DNA of 64,000 bases, taken from Bacilli bacterium (lineage in GTDB: Bacteria; Bacillota_I; Bacilli_A; RF39; UBA660). The stretch covers positions 149,360 to 213,359 of the forward strand of contig JAFWJA010000021.1 of the NCBI GenBank assembly GCA_017511805.1, written 5' to 3'. The position numbers and the translations under genes were made by a program. Shown in pieces: positions 29,107 to 38,614 of this stretch. Position 1 is the stretch's first letter. Every line of letters begins with the position of its first letter. The notes under the pieces are model-generated. The model was not told the DNA's origin. It made no database searches and saw only the letters and a program-made list of their open reading frames with translations.

Positions 29107-29180
29107 GGACCTATAGCCAAGTGGTAAGGCACGGGACTGCAACTCCCTGATCGTTGGTTCAAATCCGACTAGGTCCTCCA
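29107..29180 (+). tRNA. tRNA-Cys(GCA)
   Basis: Acceptor GGACCTA/TAGGTCC, anticodon loop CT-GCA-AC, GGTTCAAATCC T-arm, encoded CCA. Confidence 0.97.
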
Positions 29181-29185
29181 TGTAT

Positions 29186-29260
29186 GCAGATGTAGTACAA
29201 CGGTTAGTACGAGGCCTTGCCAAGGCTTAGACGGCGGTTCGATTCCGCTCATCTGCTCCA
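29186..29260 (+). tRNA. tRNA-Gly(GCC)
   Basis: Acceptor GCAGATG/CATCTGC, anticodon loop TT-GCC-AA, GGTTCGATTCC, encoded CCA. Confidence 0.97.
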
Positions 29261-29297
29261 TTAGATAATTCTGTTCGAACTATTCGGACATTAAATA

Positions 29298-29327
29298 GAA
29301 ATCAATCTCAAAAGGATTGATTTTTTT
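29298..29327 (+). terminator. Terminator after the tRNA pair
   Basis: aaatcaatct-caaa-aggattgattttttt. Confidence 0.7.
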
Positions 29328-29357
29328 GTTGAATAAAAAATCAACATTGTTTATCAT

Positions 29358-29395
29358 AAAAAAGATAAGATTGTATTCAATCTTATCTTTTTTTT
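29358..29395. terminator. Bidirectional terminator
   Basis: aaaaaagataagattg-tatt-caatcttatctttttt. Confidence 0.8.
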
Positions 29396-29411
29396 GCAAT
29401 TACTAAAATTA

Positions 29412-30032
29412 TTATTTTTTTAAACCTATAATAACTTGATTGTTATTAATATTCATTTTTATTTTTTTAATTGCTTTATTAACTATTGATTTAGGTGTAA
29501 CTACTTCAACACAATATGGTGCTGGAATATTATAACCTAATACTCTATTATGTCTTATTTGTTCAGAAGAACCATCTAATCTGTATAATTCTTTAATATA
29601 CTTAACTTCAACTTCATCTAATCCTTCAATTAAAGTATCCATTTGACTAATAAAGTTTTCATCAATATTTTTTAAACAAATATCTTCAATATTATTTTTA
29701 TCTTTTTCTTCTTCATTTTCTTTGATGAATAATTTTTTAAATAGTGATAAATAACCTCTATTTCTTTTTAATCTTTTTAAAGTTTCTTGTTGTTCTTCAT
29801 CTTGAACTCTTATTTCTCTTAATGGAAAATTATATTTAGCATTATCTAATACCATTTGAACTATTTCTTTATTATTCTTTTCTTCTTCTGGTAAAACTAA
29901 ATAAGTATATATATTTTTCATTAAAGCTAATTTAATAAAATCAGGATTTGTTCTTACTTCTTCTCTAACTCTTTTAAAATAATAATAATCTTTTTCAATT
30001 CTTTCTAGTAATTGTTCTACTGTTAATTTCAT
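29412..30032 (-). CDS. Hypothetical protein (DUF4116-like N-terminus, degenerate sigma70 region-4-like C-terminus)
   Basis: AAGGGGG RBS before ATG 30032; 'LPEEEKNNKEIV'; 'GLDEVEVKYIKELYRLDG...IVNKAIKKIK'. Confidence 0.65.
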   Translation of the reverse strand: MKLTVEQLLERIEKDYYYFKRVREEVRTNPDFIKLALMKNIYTYLVLPEEEKNNKEIVQMVLDNAKYNFPLREIRVQDEEQQETLKRLKRNRGYLSLFKKLFIKENEEEKDKNNIEDICLKNIDENFISQMDTLIEGLDEVEVKYIKELYRLDGSSEQIRHNRVLGYNIPAPYCVEVVTPKSIVNKAIKKIKMNINNNQVIIGLKK

Positions 30033-30184
30033 AAAAATTTCCCCCTTTTTTTGAAATTCGTGCATTATACTATCATAATTGTTATATTTTGTCAAATTTA
30101 TAACTAGTAATAAGAATTAGTAGAGTTGATAATATATATATAAATGTTATAATATAAAGTATAAATGTTATAAAGGAGTATGTT

Positions 30185-30652
30185 ATGAATAAATTCATGG
30201 AAGAAGCAATTAAATTATCAGAAGATAATTTAAAAACAAATGTAGGAGGACCTTTTGGTGCTTGTATTGTTAAAGAAGGAATAATAATAGGAAGAGGATC
30301 AAATCATGTTCTTGGTAATAATGATCCAACTGCGCATGCAGAAATAATGGCTATAAGAGATGCTTGTAAGAATATTAATTCTTATGATTTAACTGGATGT
30401 GAAATATATACATCTTGTTACCCATGTCCAATGTGTTTGTCTGCAATTATATGGTCTAATATAAAGACAGTTTATTATGGGAATACAAAAGAAGATGCAG
30501 CTAATATTGGATTTAGAGATGACTTTATATATAAGTTTATAAATAATAATTGTGATGATGAATCTGTTATGAAACTTGAATCTATGGATAGAGAAGAGAC
30601 TATTAAAACATTTGAAAAATTTAGTGATAAAACTGACAAAACTATATATTGA
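30185..30652 (+). CDS. guaD: Guanine deaminase (cytidine-deaminase superfamily)
   Basis: GGPFGACIV, DPTAHAEIMAIR, SCYPCPMCLSAIIW, GFRDDFIY. Confidence 0.85.
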   Translation: MNKFMEEAIKLSEDNLKTNVGGPFGACIVKEGIIIGRGSNHVLGNNDPTAHAEIMAIRDACKNINSYDLTGCEIYTSCYPCPMCLSAIIWSNIKTVYYGNTKEDAANIGFRDDFIYKFINNNCDDESVMKLESMDREETIKTFEKFSDKTDKTIY

Positions 30653-30660
30653 GGTGTTAA

Positions 30661-31155
30661 ATGAAAAAGAAAATACTATATGGAATAGTTATAGTAGGAA
30701 TATTAGCAATAATTCTATTTCTAATCTTTAATAGACATGATAATGCTTTAGATAGGTTATATAAAAATAAGATATCTAGTTATGTAGAGATAGATAAATA
30801 TACAATAGATGAATATGAAGAACATATATCCATAGTTACTTATAATGGTGATGAAGAAATTGTTGAAGTTCCTAAAAGTATAAATGGTAAACCGGTTTTA
30901 ACTATAGAAGATTCTGCTTTTTATGGAAATCTTAAAGTAAAAAAAATTGTATTACCAGATACAATAATTAGAGTAGGGCATCAGTCATTTATAGGATGTT
31001 TAGAATTAAAGGAAATCAATATTCCATCATCAGTATTAGATTTTGGGGAACATGCTTTAGATAATTGCCCTAACTTAGAAAAAATATATGTGGATAAGTC
31101 TTCAAATATAGGTAAGAAATTATCAGAATATGGATTTAAAAACTTATATCAATAA
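30661..31155 (+). CDS. BspA-type leucine-rich repeat surface protein
   Basis: N-terminal TM; VPKSINGKPVLTIEDSAF, LPDTIIRVGHQSF, IPSSVLDFGEHA. Confidence 0.8.
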   Translation: MKKKILYGIVIVGILAIILFLIFNRHDNALDRLYKNKISSYVEIDKYTIDEYEEHISIVTYNGDEEIVEVPKSINGKPVLTIEDSAFYGNLKVKKIVLPDTIIRVGHQSFIGCLELKEINIPSSVLDFGEHALDNCPNLEKIYVDKSSNIGKKLSEYGFKNLYQ

Positions 31156-31157
31156 AA

Positions 31158-31182
31158 AAAAGAGTACTAATTAGTACTCTTT
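31158..31182. terminator. Bidirectional terminator
   Basis: aaagagtacta-at-tagtactcttt palindrome between convergent genes. Confidence 0.7.
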
Positions 31183-31606
31183 ATTCATCTTTATCTTTTT
31201 TCTTTTTAAATCTTCCAAAAAAATCAGCATATTGTTTAGCTTCCATTACATCTCCAATTATTGGAGTACTTCTAGCTTTACTAGCTAAATCTTCTTTTAC
31301 AGTCCTTTTTGCGTATCTTGTTACATCACCCGCAGCTTCTTTAAGTAACTCTTTACCTTCATCAACTTCTGGTTCAGGATTAATAGTACTATTTATTATC
31401 ATAAATAGTTCACCATATTCTTTACATAAATCTGAAGAAGCAAAATCTGTTTCAAATTTCATAACATCATCATACTTAGACCCATATTCATTTAATCTAT
31501 TAAAGAATTCATCAATTCTATCTAATAAACCTTGATCTTTAATATCATATGTACTAAATATAGCGTTTCTTCTTGCTTCAATGCTATTTTTTACCATTTC
31601 ATTCAT
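31181..31606 (-). CDS. Hypothetical protein
   Basis: GGAGG RBS, 141-aa ORF. Confidence 0.75.
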   Translation of the reverse strand: MNEMVKNSIEARRNAIFSTYDIKDQGLLDRIDEFFNRLNEYGSKYDDVMKFETDFASSDLCKEYGELFMIINSTINPEPEVDEGKELLKEAAGDVTRYAKRTVKEDLASKARSTPIIGDVMEAKQYADFFGRFKKKKDKDE

Positions 31607-31698
31607 AAGTATACCTCCACAATAATTATATCATATCTTATATATTATTTTCATTTACTAATTATTAATTTACATGTTATAATTATTTTGGTGATATT

Positions 31699-32724
31699 AT
31701 GAAAAAGAAAATAAGAATAAATATGTTATCTATGGCTGATTCAGTTGATGGTCAAGGAGTAGGTTCAGCATATTTAGAATTAATGAAATTACTTAAAGAA
31801 GATGGTAAAGATGATTTTGAAGTTTTACTAAATGATAAGATAAAAAATAGTGATATTATTCACGCACATACAGTTGAACCTAGAAATTATTTTAAAATGA
31901 AAAGAGCAAAGGTTCCTACAATTGCGTATGTACACTTTTTACCTGATACATTAGATGGATCTATTAAGTTACCAAAACTAGCTTTTAAAATATTTAAAAG
32001 ATATGTTATTAAGTTTTATAAAAATGCAGATAACTTAGTAGTAGTTAATCCAATATTTAAAAAAGATATGGTAAAAGCTGGTTTAGATGAAAACAAGATT
32101 ACTTATATTCCAAACTTTGTATCTAAAGAAAAATTCTTTAAAAAGACTGATAAAGAAATTAAAGAACTTAGAAAGAAATACGATATTGAAGAAAAAGATT
32201 TTGTAGTACTAGGCGCAGGTCAAGTTCAAAATAGAAAAGGTGTTCTAGATTTTGTTGAAACTGCTAAAAAGTTACCTAATATAAAATTTATTTGGGCTGG
32301 AGGATTTTCTTTTGGAGGAATAACTGATGGCCATAAAGAATTACAAAAAGTAATGGATAATCCACCTAAGAATGTTAAATTTATAGGTATCATTCCAAGA
32401 ACCGAAATGAATGATTTATTTAATGCATGTGATTTATTGTTTGTTCCATCATATAATGAATTATTCCCAATGACTATATTAGAAGCTTGTTCTACTGATA
32501 CTCCAATACTTCTTAGAAGTCTTGAGTTATATGAAGATATACTATTTAAAAAATACTTATGCGCAGATAATAATGATGATTTTGCAGATCTAATTAAGAA
32601 ATTAAGCACTGATAAAAAATTATATAAAGAAGCAGTTGAAAACGCTAAATATATTTCTAAATTTTATAGTAAGGACAATGTTTATAAACTATGGAAGGAC
32701 TATTATACGAACCTAGTAAAATAG
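31699..32724 (+). CDS. Glycosyltransferase family 4 (CpoA-like glycolipid synthase)
   Basis: GQGVGSAYLE, YVHFLPDTLDGS, GQVQNRKG, PSYNELFPMTILEA. Confidence 0.88.
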   Translation: MKKKIRINMLSMADSVDGQGVGSAYLELMKLLKEDGKDDFEVLLNDKIKNSDIIHAHTVEPRNYFKMKRAKVPTIAYVHFLPDTLDGSIKLPKLAFKIFKRYVIKFYKNADNLVVVNPIFKKDMVKAGLDENKITYIPNFVSKEKFFKKTDKEIKELRKKYDIEEKDFVVLGAGQVQNRKGVLDFVETAKKLPNIKFIWAGGFSFGGITDGHKELQKVMDNPPKNVKFIGIIPRTEMNDLFNACDLLFVPSYNELFPMTILEACSTDTPILLRSLELYEDILFKKYLCADNNDDFADLIKKLSTDKKLYKEAVENAKYISKFYSKDNVYKLWKDYYTNLVK

Positions 32725-32787
32725 TTCTTTTTAATTGACTTTTATAAAAAATAATATATAATAAACAATCGAAAGAAAGTGATTTTT

Positions 32788-33675
32788 ATGAAGAAAATTG
32801 AAGAGATAGTAATTAAAGAAGACGACGAATATACTTTTGGATATAGATACATATATAATATAAAATATTTACATCTTGAAAGTGATGATATGTTTTTTAA
32901 TAAGCTAATTAATTATAAAAAATTAAAAGACCAATTAAAAGATGAGAATAGTAAAAAGTTTCTTAAAAATTTAACAGGTTTTACTAATGTAGTAAGAGCA
33001 GCTTATAGTGAGGAAGTAGTTACTCCAGCTATGAATAAACTAAAAAGAGTAAAGAAAAAAGAGGATTTAAATAAAATAATTAATGATTTTGTAAGTGCTG
33101 TGTATTTTTACAATAAAAAAAATAGGGGAAATGAATATGAATTCTCTTATAATATTATAAAAGATAGTTTAGAAAAATATCCTGATTTAACTACATGTGT
33201 TTTGATTAAGCATATTGTTAGGTTATATTACTCTTTCTTAGTATCTAATATTTCTAATAGTGAAATAAAGAAAATTGAAAGTTGTAAGATTGAAAACTAT
33301 AAAGATGAAAGTGTACTAGATAAGATAATGGAAAATGTAGATGAAAAGAAAATAGAAAGTGATGAAGCTTTTTATACTTATAGAAAACATTGCTTCAGTA
33401 ATTTAGTAAGTGCTAGATTTGATAATCATAGACATCATGAATGTGGAGCTGCTAAAAGCTGCAGTATGGAACAATTTAGAAATTGCGAAAAAGTACATCA
33501 AGATGTTAATACTTTAGATATTACACAATTTCCATGTGTTAAAAAAGGAATACAAGTATATACTCCAAATATTGAAGGCAAATGGGTATTAGATAAATTT
33601 ATAGTCGAAGAATGTGATTATAAAAGATCAGCTGAAATAGTACCTAAGAAACTATTATTTAAAAAAGAAAAATAG
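32788..33675 (+). CDS. Hypothetical protein with Cys/His-rich C-terminal module
   Basis: 295-aa ORF; HRHHEC...C...CEKVHQD...PC...EC. Confidence 0.75.
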   Translation: MKKIEEIVIKEDDEYTFGYRYIYNIKYLHLESDDMFFNKLINYKKLKDQLKDENSKKFLKNLTGFTNVVRAAYSEEVVTPAMNKLKRVKKKEDLNKIINDFVSAVYFYNKKNRGNEYEFSYNIIKDSLEKYPDLTTCVLIKHIVRLYYSFLVSNISNSEIKKIESCKIENYKDESVLDKIMENVDEKKIESDEAFYTYRKHCFSNLVSARFDNHRHHECGAAKSCSMEQFRNCEKVHQDVNTLDITQFPCVKKGIQVYTPNIEGKWVLDKFIVEECDYKRSAEIVPKKLLFKKEK

Positions 33676-33693
33676 GCTTAAAGCCTATTTTTT
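33668..33693. terminator. Bidirectional terminator
   Basis: aaaaataggct-taa-agcctattttt. Confidence 0.75.
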
Positions 33694-34467
33694 TGTTACA
33701 TTTTTAATTTTATCCACAACTTTAGTTGCATTCTTTTCACCAAAAGCTTGTAATACTTCAAGTGGTATTGCAAATATTATTGTATTTGATTGATCTGATG
33801 ATAAATCATTTAAAGTAGCTAATGTTCTTAAGTGAAGAGCACCTGGTGATTCGCTTAATACTTCTGCAGCAGCAGCTAAGTTATCAGCAGCTTCTTTTTC
33901 ACCTTTAGATTTAGTGATTACAGCTTCTTTTTCTCTTTCTGCTTCAGCTACTTTAGCAATAACTCTTTGCATTTCTTCAGGTAGTTTAACATCCTTTAAT
34001 TCAACGTTTTCTACCTTAATTCCCCATGGATCAGTTGCCTCATCAATTACCTTACATATTTCTGTAGATATCTTATCTCTTTCAGATAATAATTCATCAA
34101 GAGATACAGCACCAACAGCATTTCTCATAGTAGTTTGAGCTAGTTGTCCAACTGCATATTGATATCTTTCAACAGCAAGTATAGCTTTAGATGCATCAAA
34201 TACTTTATAGTATATAACTGCATTAATTCTAATAGAAACATTATCTTTAGTAATAGCGTCTTGTTCAGGTACGTCAACTGCCTTTGTTCTAATATCTACC
34301 TTACTATATGTCTCAAATATTGGAAATACAAAATTCCAACCTGGTTCCATAATTCTTTTAAATTTACCAAATTTAAAAAGAATTCCTCTTTCATATTCAG
34401 ATATTTGTCTAATAGATATTAGAAGGAAAAAAAGTAAAATCGATAATATTATAAATACTGCTCCCAT
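33685..34467 (-). CDS. SPFH/stomatin-like (slipin) membrane protein
   Basis: EYERGILFKFG, QDAITKDNVSI, LAQTTMR, ATDPWGIKV, ALHLRTL. Confidence 0.9.
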   Translation of the reverse strand: MGAVFIILSILLFFLLISIRQISEYERGILFKFGKFKRIMEPGWNFVFPIFETYSKVDIRTKAVDVPEQDAITKDNVSIRINAVIYYKVFDASKAILAVERYQYAVGQLAQTTMRNAVGAVSLDELLSERDKISTEICKVIDEATDPWGIKVENVELKDVKLPEEMQRVIAKVAEAEREKEAVITKSKGEKEAADNLAAAAEVLSESPGALHLRTLATLNDLSSDQSNTIIFAIPLEVLQAFGEKNATKVVDKIKNVTKK

Positions 34468-34577
34468 AAAAATCCTCCTTTACTTAATTATATTATAATA
34501 CATGTAAAAATCAATAATAATTATTGAAAAATAATAATTAAAATAGTATACTTGTTATAGAAAAGGATATGATTATT

Positions 34578-34865
34578 ATGAAAATAGATAAAGATATGAT
34601 TATTATGATTATTATTGGTGTTGTAGCTTTAATAATTGTAATAATGGTTCTTTCTTCAATTATCAAATCTAGAAAAGAAGCAAAAAATAGACCTTCTTCA
34701 AGTATATTAGATATTGATATTGATGGAGTAGATGAAGATAAGACATTTGAATTTGGTTATGAAAAAGAAGATACTGTTGTTATGGAACAAGTAAAAGAAG
34801 AGAAACCAAAGAAGAAACCAACTACTAAAAAGAAAACTACAAAGAAAGAAACAAAAAAGAAATAG
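34578..34865 (+). CDS. Small single-pass membrane protein with Lys/Thr-rich tail
   Basis: N-terminal hydrophobic helix, acidic middle, KKPTTKKKTTKK tail. Confidence 0.65.
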   Translation: MKIDKDMIIMIIIGVVALIIVIMVLSSIIKSRKEAKNRPSSSILDIDIDGVDEDKTFEFGYEKEDTVVMEQVKEEKPKKKPTTKKKTTKKETKKK

Positions 34866-34867
34866 AA

Positions 34868-35428
34868 TTATTTCTTTTTTTGTTTACTGTAATATTCGAA
34901 TAGTTTTTTAAATCTTTCAAAGTGAACTATTTCTCTTTGTCTTAAAAAAGATAGGGGAGCAAGTAAATCAGGATCATCTGTTAAATCCATTAAGTTTTCA
35001 TAAGTTGCTCTTGCTTTTTGTTCTGCTGCCATATCTTCTGATATATCAGCTAAATAATCACCCGTTACTGCAAAATAAGAAGCAGTAAATGGTATACCAT
35101 TAGAATCCTGTGGATAAATGCCAAGTTTATGTTCTGTATATTGTGAACCTAGTCCTTCTTTTTCTAGTTCTTCAGCATTTGCACCATCTAATAATTGATA
35201 TACCATCGCACTAATTATTTCAAGATGAGCTAGTTCTTCAGTGGCGATATCAGTAAGTTCACTTTTTCCATAATCATCTGGCATTGTATATCTTTGATTC
35301 ATATATCTAAGAGTTGCTCCTAATTCACCATTAGCGCCACCACATTGTGTAATGATATACTTAGCCATTTTTATATTTTTATTTTTAATATTTACAGGAA
35401 ACTGTAATTTCTTTTCATATTTCCACAT
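34868..35428 (-). CDS. cotJC: Spore coat protein CotJC (Mn-catalase family)
   Basis: MWKYEKKLQFPVNI, QCGGANGEL, DIATEELAHLE, EDMAAEQKARATYE, FLRQREIVHFERF. Confidence 0.93.
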   Translation of the reverse strand: MWKYEKKLQFPVNIKNKNIKMAKYIITQCGGANGELGATLRYMNQRYTMPDDYGKSELTDIATEELAHLEIISAMVYQLLDGANAEELEKEGLGSQYTEHKLGIYPQDSNGIPFTASYFAVTGDYLADISEDMAAEQKARATYENLMDLTDDPDLLAPLSFLRQREIVHFERFKKLFEYYSKQKKK

Positions 35429-35430
35429 AA

Positions 35431-35793
35431 CTATATCCTTTCCCATGGCCATGGAGATTTAATCCATTCCCAGTTATAACTTTCATTTATACCTAAACAT
35501 ATCTTTCCATACTTACTTTCATATTCAACTATTAATCTATTAACCTCCTCAGTATACTGATTATATAAACCAATTGCTTGAATATCATTTGGGTATAGAT
35601 CTAAATATAAGTTCATTTCATGCGCTGCAAAAGAGTACATTTGGACTTTTAATAATAGATCTGATCTCGGATCAGATGTCTTAACATCTGCTATATATTT
35701 ATATGGATCAAATATATTATCAAACATATTACCTCTATTAAATCCTTCTGATACACTAACTAATTTATTATTCATAGATAAATTATCGTTCAT
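35431..35793 (-). CDS. cotJB: Spore coat protein CotJB with CotJA-like N-terminal extension
   Basis: FAAHEMNLYLDLYP...YESKYG...WEWIKSPWPWE; N-terminal 'EGFNRGNMFDNIFDPY'. Confidence 0.88.
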   Translation of the reverse strand: MNDNLSMNNKLVSVSEGFNRGNMFDNIFDPYKYIADVKTSDPRSDLLLKVQMYSFAAHEMNLYLDLYPNDIQAIGLYNQYTEEVNRLIVEYESKYGKICLGINESYNWEWIKSPWPWERI

Positions 35794-35813
35794 TATACCA
35801 TTCCTTTCATATT

Positions 35814-35843
35814 ATTCTATGATATTAGTTTATTTTTGTATGT
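35814..35843 (-). promoter_or_regulatory. Putative sigmaE-type promoter of the cotJ operon
   Basis: Minus strand reads ATA-N17-CATAGAAT, matching the sigmaE ATA...CATAcaxT pattern. Confidence 0.45.
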
Positions 35844-35885
35844 GATATATACCCATTTATGATAGAATATAATTGGTGATTAAAA

Positions 35886-37091
35886 ATGGATAGAATTATT
35901 ATGCATATTGATGTTAATAGTGCTTTTTTATCGTGGTCTGCTTTAAAACTATTAAAAGAGGGTAGTTCTATCGATTTAAGAAACGAAATAGCGGTTGTTT
36001 CAGGTGAAGAAGTAAAAAGACATGGAATAGTAGTCGCAGCTTCTATACCAGCTAAAAAGATAGGTATTAAGTCTCCTATGAATTTAGCGGATGCAAGAAG
36101 AATATATAAGGATGTAATAGTTACTCATCAAGATAGAGAATTTTATAGAGAGTGTTCTAAGAATATGATGAGATTAATAAAATATTTATTTCCAACATAT
36201 GAACAGTTTTCAATAGATGAATGTTTTGTTGATTATACAGAAATGAGAAAACTATATGGACCAGAAGTAAAATTTGCTCATAAGTTAAAAGATGAAATAT
36301 ATAAAAGATTTGGTTTTACTGTTAATGTAGGTATAGGTAATAATAAGTTACTTGCTAAAATGGCTAGTGATTTTGAAAAACCTAATAAAGTACATACTCT
36401 TTATTCTTATGAAATAAAAGAAAAAATGCACTCATTACCAGTTAGAGATCTATTTATGGCAGGTAAAGCAGCATGTGCTAAATTAGAAAGTCTAGGTATT
36501 AAAACAATTGGAGATCTAGCTAATTATGATGAAAATAAACTAGTAGCTATATTAAAATCACAAGGTAAAATGTTACATGAATACGCAAATGGTATAGATG
36601 ATTCTCCTGTGGAAAATAAATATGATGAAAGAAAAGGAATAGGTTTTTCTAAAACATTAGAAGATGATATAGAAGATAAAACTATTCTTTATAGTGAACT
36701 AAGTAATTTCTCTAAAAAAATATCACAAGAATTAAAGAAAAGAGGAATGTACGCTAGAACTATAGTAGTAACACTTAGATATACATCATTTAAAACATAT
36801 AATCATCAAATAAAACTAGATAATAATACTAATTTAGAAGAAGAAATATTTAAGAATGCTAAATTAGCTTTTAATAAGTTATGGAATCTAGAACCAGTTA
36901 GATTAGTTGGTCTTAGAGTAACAGATATGTCTAATAACAATGATATTCAGTTATCATTATTTGATGAAAATCATAAAGTAATAACTGATAAAGAACTAGA
37001 TAATATAATAGATAATATTAATAAAGAATTTGGTTCAGGGACAGTATTTAAAGGATATAATAATATGAAAAAAGAAAAAATTGAAAAATGA
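35886..37091 (+). CDS. dinB: DNA polymerase IV
   Basis: MHIDVNSAF, SIDECFVD, NKLLAKMASDFEKPN, VRLVGLRV. Confidence 0.93.
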   Translation: MDRIIMHIDVNSAFLSWSALKLLKEGSSIDLRNEIAVVSGEEVKRHGIVVAASIPAKKIGIKSPMNLADARRIYKDVIVTHQDREFYRECSKNMMRLIKYLFPTYEQFSIDECFVDYTEMRKLYGPEVKFAHKLKDEIYKRFGFTVNVGIGNNKLLAKMASDFEKPNKVHTLYSYEIKEKMHSLPVRDLFMAGKAACAKLESLGIKTIGDLANYDENKLVAILKSQGKMLHEYANGIDDSPVENKYDERKGIGFSKTLEDDIEDKTILYSELSNFSKKISQELKKRGMYARTIVVTLRYTSFKTYNHQIKLDNNTNLEEEIFKNAKLAFNKLWNLEPVRLVGLRVTDMSNNNDIQLSLFDENHKVITDKELDNIIDNINKEFGSGTVFKGYNNMKKEKIEK

Positions 37092-37131
37092 TATAAAATA
37101 TTGTACAATTTTACTATAGGAGTATTATATT

Positions 37132-38598
37132 ATGGATGAAAATACTAAAAAAAGACTAATTGAAAGTATAAAGAATAAAGATGATGAACTATTTGCTTTA
37201 GCATTACGTGATTTTTATCAACAAGTTAAAGGTAAAACTTTTGATGAATATGAAAAAAGCATAGATGATATTGGTTTTTCTGAAGAAGAAAAAACAGAGT
37301 TCTTTATAAAATCATCAACTAGTGAAGATAAGGAGTTATCCGCAGAATTTAGAGTTGAATTGATGCCTTATTTTTTTGAAAAGTATATTGAGAATAATAA
37401 AGAAGAATTCTATAATATGTTAAAAGATAATAAAGAATTGCAAGAACAATATTCTTTATGGTTTAAAAAATATCCTGCATTAAAAAAAGAGTTGATTGAT
37501 TTATATCCTAAACTATTCAATCTAGAATCAATGAGAAATAATGTGTTAAATGATAATAGATTTATATCAAATAATTATTCTAGTAAGTATGAATTCTTCT
37601 CATTAATTCCGGAAGACTATTCTTATCTTATTTCATTATATGATACAGAAATTGACATAAAAAGAAAGAATTCAATTGATAATGTATCAAATCTATATGT
37701 TGATAAATTCTCTGACAAATTAAGTAAGAAAGAAATATTAGAACTAATTGAGTGCCATGTTAAGATTAATACAGCAGAAAATATATTTAAGTTTAATACA
37801 TTTGATAGAATGGCTGAATTTGAATATTGTTTAAAAAAGATAAGTGAAGATCCTACTTATTATCAAGTAATTAAAGAAATAATGAATAAAACAAAATTAG
37901 ATATGGTTACTATAATGAAGTTTGCTAGTAAGTATGATGAAACAGAACTGTTTAAAAAAATATATTTAAGTGAAGAAGAAATCAATAAAGAAACAAATGA
38001 AAAAGTAAAGTATTTAGCAAAAACAGATAGAATTAAAGGTGCTTCAGACATAATTAATTTAGATGGTGTCAATCTTGAAGAATTACAACAAATGGAAAAA
38101 GAAAAGGCTAAAAATATGGAAATTAATCTTGGTGGTGGACCTAGATCTAGAACTAAGAATAATTTCTTCCCTAAATATAATAACGAAAAGGTAATAGTTA
38201 GAATTAATTCAGATGGGCAAGCAAAATTATTATTACTTCCAGACTTAGAGGGACATGAAACTGGTGTAAAAAGGATGTATGGTGATATAGAATTTCCAAA
38301 TGATTGTACTCTTGGTTATCAAAGAGCAGTATATGCTGCTAAACAATTATCATCTATTACATTTATAATTGAAAATGAGAGTTGTTTCATAATTATTCCT
38401 GATAATATGACAAAGGAACAATATGAAGCAATTAGTAGAGCATTAAATAGTGCTATTCCTGATGCAGCTATTGGAATAACGTTATATAATCCAACAACGG
38501 ATGACGAAGAATTTCCAATGGAAGATGATCTTTGTTCTACAAGTGAAGCAATTGATTATTTTAAAGAAAAAGAAAAAAAACAAGCTAAGACTATGTAA
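37132..38598 (+). CDS. Hypothetical protein
   Basis: 488-aa ORF, AGGAG RBS. Confidence 0.8.
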   Translation: MDENTKKRLIESIKNKDDELFALALRDFYQQVKGKTFDEYEKSIDDIGFSEEEKTEFFIKSSTSEDKELSAEFRVELMPYFFEKYIENNKEEFYNMLKDNKELQEQYSLWFKKYPALKKELIDLYPKLFNLESMRNNVLNDNRFISNNYSSKYEFFSLIPEDYSYLISLYDTEIDIKRKNSIDNVSNLYVDKFSDKLSKKEILELIECHVKINTAENIFKFNTFDRMAEFEYCLKKISEDPTYYQVIKEIMNKTKLDMVTIMKFASKYDETELFKKIYLSEEEINKETNEKVKYLAKTDRIKGASDIINLDGVNLEELQQMEKEKAKNMEINLGGGPRSRTKNNFFPKYNNEKVIVRINSDGQAKLLLLPDLEGHETGVKRMYGDIEFPNDCTLGYQRAVYAAKQLSSITFIIENESCFIIIPDNMTKEQYEAISRALNSAIPDAAIGITLYNPTTDDEEFPMEDDLCSTSEAIDYFKEKEKKQAKTM

Positions 38599-38614
38599 AA
38601 AAAAAGAAAAGTAG

